This document shows, piece after piece, positions 25,465 to 32,000 of a stretch of 32,000 bases of DNA (the stretch's first letter is position 1; each line of letters starts with the position of its first letter). This DNA comes from Caldimicrobium thiodismutans. Its GTDB lineage: Bacteria > Desulfobacterota > Thermodesulfobacteria > Thermodesulfobacteriales > Thermodesulfobacteriaceae. The notes beneath the pieces are model-generated. The model searched no databases, was not told where the DNA came from, and saw only the letters and a list, made by a program, of their open reading frames with translations. A program made the translations under genes and the position numbers. The stretch spans positions 1,320,001 to 1,352,000 of the forward strand of contig NZ_AP014945.1 of the NCBI RefSeq assembly GCF_001548275.1, written 5' to 3'.

Positions 25465-25862
25465 ATTTTTTGCTGGAGGAAAGGCCCATATTTCTTATCA
25501 GTCCCCATGATGTGCTTTATCAACCACTCTTTCAAAAAGGTCATGACCTCAACAGATAAGGTGACATCCCCTTTAGCCTTCTTATCCAAAAAATCCTTGA
25601 TTTTAGCCTTAAAGTTTTCATGTTCCCGTTTATGACTGGCAAGTTCAGGATAACCATATTTTGTCATCAGGGTTTCTTCTGTGCTAAAGTGATACCCTGC
25701 ATATTTGACAAGCTCATCCAGAGCCTTATCAATCACTTCTTTACCCTTTCCCTGTTTCATGGCATCATATAACTCATTTATAAGGGCTACCAATTTTTTG
25801 TGCTGTTCATCAACCTCCCTTACACCTGTTAAAAGTTTGTCTGACCATTCCATGAAAGCCAT
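25455..25862 (-). CDS. Bacteriohemerythrin (hemerythrin-like metal-binding protein)
   Basis: Iron-ligand pattern EQHKKL..., YHFSTEE, HKREHENF, WLIKHIMGTDKKY. 135 aa. Confidence 0.9.
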   Translation of the reverse strand: MAFMEWSDKLLTGVREVDEQHKKLVALINELYDAMKQGKGKEVIDKALDELVKYAGYHFSTEETLMTKYGYPELASHKREHENFKAKIKDFLDKKAKGDVTLSVEVMTFLKEWLIKHIMGTDKKYGPFLQQKMGK

Positions 25863-25912
25863 GGGCCACCTCCTGTTAAGTTTATTTTATTTAAATTACC
25901 ATTCATTATGTC

Positions 25913-25941
25913 CTTGTCAATATAAAATTTTTATTTTAGAA
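25913..25941 (+). promoter_or_regulatory. Putative promoter of the 1408-aa activase fusion gene (TTGTCA-N17-TAGAAT)
   Basis: -35 TTGTCA at 25913-25918, 17-nt spacer, -10 TAGAAT at 25936-25941. GAGGAGGGG RBS before the ATG at 25984. Sequence-only prediction. Confidence 0.35.
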
Positions 25942-25983
25942 TAAAGGTCAGATAATAAAACTAAAAATTTTTGAGGAGGGGCT

Positions 25984-28900
25984 ATGCTCTATGTAGGTCT
26001 TGATGTGGGATCAGGGACTGCTAAAGCCGCTGTTTTAAACGAGGAAGCAGAGATTCTTTATTCTAATTATATCAGAACCCATGGCCAGCCCATAGAAACA
26101 GCTGAAAAACTACTTTCTGAGATAGAAGAAAGATTTGGAGGAGAACTTAGAGGTATTACCTGCACTGGCACTGCGGGAAAGACTATAGCTCAAATTCTTG
26201 GGGTAGCCTTTATTAATGAGGTCATGGCCCATGCTAAAGCTGCAACTTTCTTTCATCCTGAAGTCAGGACCATTATTGACATAGGAGGAGAAGACTCAAA
26301 GCTTATCTTTATAACCCATGAAAGGGGGGTTCCTGAGATTGAGGACTTTGCTCTGAATACCCTCTGTGCAGCAGGAACAGGATCCTTTCTGGAACAGCAA
26401 GCCGCTCGTCTTGGATACTCCATTGAAGAGTTTTCCCAGAAGGCTCTTCTTGCTAAAAATATCCCCAGAATTGCAGGACGCTGCACTGTATTTGCTAAAT
26501 CAGATATGATTCACCTTCAACAAGCCGCTGTCCCTGATGAGGAGATCATTGCCGGGCTCTGTTTTGCCATTATTAGGAATCTTAAAAGTAATCTTGCCAA
26601 AGGGCGACCTATTTTGCCACCTCTCATCTTTCAAGGCGGAGTTGCAGCAAACTTTGGCGTTAGAAGGGCGATAAAAGAGATCTTTCACCTCAAGGATGAA
26701 GAACTCATAATTCCTCAACATTTTAAGATTATGGGGGCTATTGGAGCAGGTCTTTATGGCCTTGAAGGTAAGGCTAAATCAGACTATGCTGGAGCGGAAA
26801 TTTTACGGGCTTACCTGAAGGAAAGAACCTATAATCCACCCAGGCATCCTGTTTTAATGCCCTTTGTCTCCCTTGAACTTTCTGAGAAAATAAAAAGGGA
26901 TGTGGAGCAAAAGTTTAAAAACCATGCTTCTCAAGAGGAAGAGGTAAGTCTTTATCTGGGTGTGGATGTAGGGTCTGTAAGCACAAAGCTTGTTGCCCTA
27001 ACTGAGGAAGGGGAGCTTCTTGCAAAGGTCTATATGTTTCATAATGGGAAACCCCTTGAAAGTATTAAAAAGGGCTTAAGAGAGCTTAGAAAAAGGCTTC
27101 CAGAAAGAATAAAAGTCAAAGGGGTGGGGACCACAGGCTCCGGAAGATACCTGGTAGGAGATTTTATTGGAGCAGATGTAGTTAGAAATGAGATTACTGC
27201 TCAAGCTTATGGGGCCTTATATCTTGATCCAGAGGTGGATACTATTTTTGAAATAGGAGGACAGGATTCAAAATATATCTCCCTTGATAAAGGAACCATT
27301 GCAGATTTTACTATGAATAAGGCCTGTGCAGCTGGGACGGGCTCTTTTCTTCAGGAACAGGGCGTTAAACTGGGTATTCCTATTGAGGAGTTTGGGGATA
27401 TAGCCCTTAAAAGTAAAGCCCCTTTAAAAATGGGGGAAAGATGCACTGTCTTTATGCAATCAGACCTTCTTCATTATCAGCAGAAGGGATTACCAAAGGA
27501 GGACTTAGTTGCAGGCCTTTGTTATTCCATTGTCTATAATTATCTAAACAAAGTGGTGGAGGGGAGAAAAATTGGTAAGAAGATCTTCTTTCAGGGAGCG
27601 GTTGCCTTTAATAAAGGTGTCCTTTCTGCCTTTGAAAAAGTTCTTGGGAGACCTATTATTGTGCCACCTAATAATGAAGTAACTGGAGCTATTGGTGTAG
27701 CTCTGCTGGCTAAGGCTGAAACCAGAGGCGAAAGCAGATTTAAAGGCTTTGACCTTGAAAAGGTAAATTATTTTATTTCTACCTTTGAGTGCAGGTATTG
27801 TCCCAATCAGTGTGAGATTCACAAGGTTACCATTGACCAATCCCAGCCTTATTTTTATGGGGGAAGGTGCGATCGTTATGAACTTGATCACCGAAAACCT
27901 GATGAAAGAGTCCCCAATCCAACTTTAGAAAGAGAGGCAAAACTTTTATCTTATTTAAAAAGCCTTCCAGAGGGAGAGGATTTATCTTCAGAAGATATAA
28001 TTGGTATACCCAGGGCCCTGCAGTTCTTTGAGTGGCTTCCCCTTTTTGCGACTTTTTTTCAAGAGCTTGGTTTCCAGGTCTTTCTCTCTCCCCCCACCTC
28101 AAAGGAGATCATTAAAAAGGGATGTGAACTTGCCCCGGCTGAACCATGTTTTCCTGTTAAAATTGCCTTAGGTCAGGTTAAGACCCTTTTAGACTTAGGG
28201 GTTAAAAACATCTTTCTTCCCCAGATTACTGATCTTCCACCAGAGGTGGAAGAGGCAAAGTTGGGAAAGATTTGCCCTTGGGTGCAGAGTCTTCCCTGGA
28301 TTAGTCCAGCCAGTATCAATTTTAAGGCTGTGGGGGCAAGAGTTATTGCTCCAGTCTTTCACCTTGGTAGACCTGGTTTTGTGCTGAATGAGGAAATAAA
28401 AAGGCTTGCTAAAATGCTGGGTGTCTCTGAAGAGAGGGCAAAAAGGGCCTGGAGACTTGCTGAATCTGCTCAAGAGGAATTTCATAATTGGCTTAAAAAG
28501 CGAGGTAAGGAGCTTTTGCAAGAGTTCTCAGGAGAAACTGTTCTTGTGATTGTGGGAAGACCTTATAATGCCTTTGATCCAGGGGCAAATCTGGCTATTC
28601 ATCACAAGATCCGTAAACTGGGACTCCTTGGCCTTCCGGTAGATATGCTTCCCTTGGAGGAGGTTAAAGATAGAGATATTCTTGAGGGAATGTATTGGGA
28701 ATATGGACAGAGGTTTTTGCTTGCGGCTCAGTTTATCCGGGAGACCCCTAATCTTTTTCCCCTTTATTTTACCAACTTTTCCTGCGGGCCTGATTCTTTT
28801 ATAGCCCACTTTTTTGAGGAATTACTGGCAGGGAAACCCTTTATTGAGATAGAGGTGGATGAACATAGTGCCGAGGCTGGTGTAGTTACAAGGCTTGAGG

Positions 28901-30210
28901 CCTTTGTGGATAGCCTGCAGGGTAAGAAAAAGATTTATCCTCTTGGTAGAACCTTTAATCGCCAGAAAATCATGCCCTCTGAAGGAAGGACTATTTATAT
29001 TCCTCACATGAGTGATCATGCAAGGGCTCTTGCTGCAGCTTTCAGGGCTTGCGGAGTAAAGGCTGAGGCCTTGCCTGAACCAGATGAGGAGTCCTTAGAA
29101 CTTGGAAGAAAGTGGACCTCTGGCAAGGAATGTTATCCCACCATTCTTACTACCGGTGATCTCTTAAAACTTGTTAATCGGCCAGACTTTGATCCGGAAA
29201 AGAGCGTCTTTTTTATGCCCGATGGCTCTGGTCCTTGCAGGTTTGGTCAATATAACAGGCTTCACCGCAAGATTTTAAGAGATCTTGGGATTACAAATCT
29301 TCCTGTCTATTCCCCACAGCAGGATGTGGAGTTTTATGACGATCTGGGTGTAGCTGGAAGGGACTTTACAAAGATTGCCTGGAAGGGTGTGGTTGCCGTT
29401 GATATTTTGGATAAGCTTTTAAGGAAAGTTAGGCCCTACGCCCTAAATAAGTCTGATGTTGAAAGGGTCTATCAAAGGGCCCTGTCTGAACTTGAAAAGG
29501 CTATTGAAGAGAGGAGGGACTTGATTCCTGTGCTTCTTGAGGCCAAGGAGGCCATGGCAAGAATTCCTCAAAAAAGTGAGGAACTGCCTGTAGTTGGCGT
29601 TGTGGGGGAAATCTATGTGCGAAATAACACATTTGCTAATGAAAATCTTTATCGCACCCTTGAGGACATGGGTCTTGAAGTGCTCCTTCCACCAGTTAGT
29701 GAGTGGATTTATTTTATAAATTATATCTCCAAAAAATGGTCAAAGAAAATGGGAATGATTGGAACTACCTTTAAGTTTATTATTGAGAATCAATTCCAGT
29801 TTAAAGAGGAAGAGCGCTTTATAAGACAGGTTGAGGATCTGTTAACAGACAGGGCTAAGGATCCAACTATTGAGACCCTTGAAAGATATGCTATGCGATT
29901 TGTTCATCCAGACTATGAAGGGGGGGAGGTCATGCTCTCCATTGGTAAAGCAGTTGAGTATATGGAAAAAGAGGTGTCTGGTATGATCAATGTAATTCCC
30001 TTTGCCTGTATGCCGGGCAATGTGCAGTCTGCTATCTTAAAGAGGATGCGCGAGGAGACCGGAGAGAGACTTCCCATCTTAACCGTGCCCTGTGATGGAC
30101 AGAGGTCTATGGGAGTAAGAATGAGGCTTGAGGCCTTTGTTGAACAGGTAAAGGAATATTTCAGGGTGAAAAGAGATGAAAAGCTACAAAAAAGAGTTGT
30201 AAATTTTTAA
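25984..30210 (+). CDS. Tandem BcrAD/BadFG/HgdC-type ATPase ('CoA-substrate-specific enzyme activase') domains fused to DUF2229 / dehydratase-like domains
   Basis: Two repeats of the activase fold: GLDVGSGTAKAAV / GVDVGSVSTKLVAL, IIDIGGEDSK / IFEIGGQDSK, and CAAGTGSFLEQQ twice. Then the Cys motif CRYCPNQCEIH...GGRCDRYE and about 750 aa of uncharacterised C-terminal domains. Confidence 0.85.
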   Translation: MLYVGLDVGSGTAKAAVLNEEAEILYSNYIRTHGQPIETAEKLLSEIEERFGGELRGITCTGTAGKTIAQILGVAFINEVMAHAKAATFFHPEVRTIIDIGGEDSKLIFITHERGVPEIEDFALNTLCAAGTGSFLEQQAARLGYSIEEFSQKALLAKNIPRIAGRCTVFAKSDMIHLQQAAVPDEEIIAGLCFAIIRNLKSNLAKGRPILPPLIFQGGVAANFGVRRAIKEIFHLKDEELIIPQHFKIMGAIGAGLYGLEGKAKSDYAGAEILRAYLKERTYNPPRHPVLMPFVSLELSEKIKRDVEQKFKNHASQEEEVSLYLGVDVGSVSTKLVALTEEGELLAKVYMFHNGKPLESIKKGLRELRKRLPERIKVKGVGTTGSGRYLVGDFIGADVVRNEITAQAYGALYLDPEVDTIFEIGGQDSKYISLDKGTIADFTMNKACAAGTGSFLQEQGVKLGIPIEEFGDIALKSKAPLKMGERCTVFMQSDLLHYQQKGLPKEDLVAGLCYSIVYNYLNKVVEGRKIGKKIFFQGAVAFNKGVLSAFEKVLGRPIIVPPNNEVTGAIGVALLAKAETRGESRFKGFDLEKVNYFISTFECRYCPNQCEIHKVTIDQSQPYFYGGRCDRYELDHRKPDERVPNPTLEREAKLLSYLKSLPEGEDLSSEDIIGIPRALQFFEWLPLFATFFQELGFQVFLSPPTSKEIIKKGCELAPAEPCFPVKIALGQVKTLLDLGVKNIFLPQITDLPPEVEEAKLGKICPWVQSLPWISPASINFKAVGARVIAPVFHLGRPGFVLNEEIKRLAKMLGVSEERAKRAWRLAESAQEEFHNWLKKRGKELLQEFSGETVLVIVGRPYNAFDPGANLAIHHKIRKLGLLGLPVDMLPLEEVKDRDILEGMYWEYGQRFLLAAQFIRETPNLFPLYFTNFSCGPDSFIAHFFEELLAGKPFIEIEVDEHSAEAGVVTRLEAFVDSLQGKKKIYPLGRTFNRQKIMPSEGRTIYIPHMSDHARALAAAFRACGVKAEALPEPDEESLELGRKWTSGKECYPTILTTGDLLKLVNRPDFDPEKSVFFMPDGSGPCRFGQYNRLHRKILRDLGITNLPVYSPQQDVEFYDDLGVAGRDFTKIAWKGVVAVDILDKLLRKVRPYALNKSDVERVYQRALSELEKAIEERRDLIPVLLEAKEAMARIPQKSEELPVVGVVGEIYVRNNTFANENLYRTLEDMGLEVLLPPVSEWIYFINYISKKWSKKMGMIGTTFKFIIENQFQFKEEERFIRQVEDLLTDRAKDPTIETLERYAMRFVHPDYEGGEVMLSIGKAVEYMEKEVSGMINVIPFACMPGNVQSAILKRMREETGERLPILTVPCDGQRSMGVRMRLEAFVEQVKEYFRVKRDEKLQKRVVNF

Positions 30211-30296
30211 AAAGAAAAGTTTAAACCCACTTATGCCAGATTATGTTAAAAAATGGACTTTGATTAATTTCTTAAAAGTCCATAAAATAGCTTACA

Positions 30297-30563
30297 TTGA
30301 AAAAACAGAAAGAAAGTAATTTAAAATTTTTGCTCACCGTTCTTGGTGAGAGTTTAACCATAGGGGTTGCAGTAATTGGTTCTATATTGGCAGGGGCTAT
30401 AACAGGCTGGCTTATAGAGGAGAAGCTTTTAAAGGGAAAAACTTCTCCCTGGCTTACAACTATTTTTATAATCCTTGGGGCTGTGGGAGGGATTAAAAAT
30501 CTTTTATATTACAGTAAAAGGCGCATGAAGGATGTTGGAAAAGACGAGAGAAAAGGGGAATAG
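30297..30563 (+). CDS. AtpZ/ATPase_gene1-like small membrane protein preceding the F-ATPase operon (TTG start as called; start uncertain)
   Basis: Two TM helices (LGESLTIGVAVIGSILAGAITGWLIE and WLTTIFIILGAVGGIKNLL). Positioned directly upstream of atpI/atpB. Confidence 0.55.
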   Translation: MKKQKESNLKFLLTVLGESLTIGVAVIGSILAGAITGWLIEEKLLKGKTSPWLTTIFIILGAVGGIKNLLYYSKRRMKDVGKDERKGE

Positions 30564-30963
30564 TTTTTTTAAAGAGCTTTCACTTTTTATGTTTCTTAGT
30601 TTAGCAACGGGATCCTTAGGGGTGCTCATAGTTTTTCAGGATTTAAAGCTTTTTTTGTCCTTTTTATTAGGCGCAGCCTTAGCATATCTTAATTTTTTAA
30701 CCTTAAAAAAAGAGGGAGGGGAGTTGCTGGCCCGGGTTTATCAAAATGTGATGAGTTGTCTTGATAGGCCATATCAAAGAGAGCGCACCCTTTTTCTGAT
30801 AAAAGTTTATTTACGACTCCTTGCCATAGGGATAATTTTTTATTTTTTAATAACAAGGTTAGGGCTACATCCTGTTTTTTTACTTCTGGGATTTACCTTG
30901 ATTTATTTTCAGATTTTTGTAGTAATGATAAGATTTTGGTTGAGAAAAAAAGAAAGTTTTTAA
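30532..30963 (+). CDS. atpI: ATP synthase protein I (AtpI-like)
   Basis: About 140-aa four-TM protein immediately upstream of atpB. Overlaps the preceding ORF by 32 nt, and an alternative start exists at 30589. Confidence 0.55.
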   Translation: MLEKTREKGNSFFKELSLFMFLSLATGSLGVLIVFQDLKLFLSFLLGAALAYLNFLTLKKEGGELLARVYQNVMSCLDRPYQRERTLFLIKVYLRLLAIGIIFYFLITRLGLHPVFLLLGFTLIYFQIFVVMIRFWLRKKESF

Positions 30964-30975
30964 AGGGGGTAAAAG

Positions 30976-31722
30976 ATGGAGCATCCCATTTTATTTCTCT
31001 GTTTGATTCTTGAAAAGCTTGGCCTCCCTTCCGGGTGGCACTATTATGAAGAGGCAGATAAGTATGGAGTGTTGGCACAACTTTTAGCTCCACATATGGT
31101 GCACAGCTATTTTGTGATTGGAATTATTTTGATTCTCGCCCTTGTTGCCAGATCCAAAAGGGATTTTCTGCCGGGAGCCTTTCAGAATGTATGGGAATTT
31201 TTGGTTGAAAATATTTATGAGTTTACCAAGAGCAATCTTCCTCATGATAAGTTTGATAAACTTATGCCTACGGTCTTTCCCCTGATCACCACCTATTCCC
31301 TTTATATCCTTTTCAGTAATCTTTTAGGGCTTATACCAGGATTTATGTCACCAACTGCCAATATCAATGTAACTATGGGATTAACTTTAATTACAATTAT
31401 TTATTATCATTATTTAGGCCTAAAATACAAGGGATTGGCTTATTTTAAGGATTTCCTTGGACCTATGCCCTGGCTCATTCCTCTTATGCTTCCTGCCGAG
31501 ATATTTAGTCATCTGGGAAGACTTCTTTCTCTTTCCTTCCGTTTATTTGGAAACCTTCTCTCTAAGGAAATACTTCTTGGAATACTCACCATGCTTGGAG
31601 GGAAATTTTTTGCTCCTCTACCGGTTATGATTCTTGGAGTGGCGGTAGGATTTATTCAGACCTTTATTTTTGTTCTTTTGAGCTTAGTATATTTTGCAGG
31701 AGCAGTGGAGGAGCATCACTAA
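30976..31722 (+). CDS. atpB: F0F1 ATP synthase subunit a
   Basis: Conserved LSLSFRLFGN (essential Arg) and overall subunit a topology. GGGGG RBS. Confidence 0.95.
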   Translation: MEHPILFLCLILEKLGLPSGWHYYEEADKYGVLAQLLAPHMVHSYFVIGIILILALVARSKRDFLPGAFQNVWEFLVENIYEFTKSNLPHDKFDKLMPTVFPLITTYSLYILFSNLLGLIPGFMSPTANINVTMGLTLITIIYYHYLGLKYKGLAYFKDFLGPMPWLIPLMLPAEIFSHLGRLLSLSFRLFGNLLSKEILLGILTMLGGKFFAPLPVMILGVAVGFIQTFIFVLLSLVYFAGAVEEHH

Positions 31723-31796
31723 TAAAGGATTTATCAGGGGGGTTGAGACCTTCTGATAAAAATATAGAAAAAATTTTAATTTTAAGGAGGTGTGGA

Positions 31797-32000
31797 ATGA
31801 GGAAGTGGTTGATTCTTTTAGCCATGCTTTTTGTTTCCCTTGCTTTGACTCATCCTGCATTAGCCGAGGAGGTTGCTAAGGTTGCAGGAGACAAGCTTCA
31901 GACTGGTTTTGGTATTTATTCAGCCATTATTTTGGCTGCAGGAATTGGTGTGGGACTTGGGGCTCTTGGATGCGGTATCGGTATCGGTCAGGCCACTGCT
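31797..32000 (+). CDS. atpE: F0F1 ATP synthase subunit c, 3' end outside window, with signal-peptide-like N-terminal extension
   Basis: AAGGAGG RBS then ATG at 31797. Translation is MRKWLILLAMLFVSLALTHPALAEEVAKVAGDKLQTGFGIYSAIILAAGIGVGLGALGCGIGIGQATA, and the Gly-rich helix 1 is typical of c subunits. Not in the ORF track because no stop lies in the window. Confidence 0.85.
   Translation, partial: MRKWLILLAMLFVSLALTHPALAEEVAKVAGDKLQTGFGIYSAIILAAGIGVGLGALGCGIGIGQATA

Noticed and set aside
30253-30283. 9-bp perfect hairpin ATGGACTTT-N13-AAAGTCCAT between the activase fusion gene and the atp operon, with a core resembling the repeat right end (ATGGACTTAT)
   Set aside because: There is no T-run after it on the + strand, so it is not a convincing terminator. 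The 8-9-nt similarity to the repeat end is too short to call a seventh copy. It may still be a regulatory or RNA-stability hairpin.

Overview
AT-rich bacterial chromosomal window, probably from a thermophilic anaerobe. That is an inference from reverse gyrase, several multiheme c-type cytochromes and K/E/I-rich proteins. Most of the content is ordinary housekeeping and respiratory genes. These are an NrfD/4Fe-4S/triheme cytochrome module, an octaheme NapC/NirT-like cytochrome, and a GGDEF / DUF2892 / PAS hybrid histidine kinase / CxC-permease operon. They also include a DEAD-box helicase, a CBS protein, CcsA, reverse gyrase, thiE, ribBA, a MetF-MetV fusion, two RNA methyltransferases and hemerythrin. 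A 1408-aa double-activase fusion, the start of an F-type ATP synthase operon (atpZ/I/B/E), tRNA-Ala(GGC) and tRNA-Phe(GAA) complete the list. The features that the genes do not explain are intergenic. Six blocks share the same imperfect terminal inverted repeats. Five are short MITE-like copies (90-345 bp). One is 1141 bp and consists almost entirely of an Rpn/YhgA-like PD-(D/E)XK 'putative transposase' ORF. That ORF has an in-frame nuclease domain but no canonical start codon. Four of the six copies have short flanking direct repeats. Left ends sit 5-10 nt after stop codons, and right ends sit 4-6 nt before -35-like hexamers of the next gene. Two long copies share a conserved three-hairpin cargo. 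I consider this a candidate Rpn-associated mobile element family that has not been described. A decayed IS1380-like remnant with 16-bp perfect inverted repeats lies next to tRNA-Phe. No CRISPR array, rRNA or recognisable defence operon was seen.
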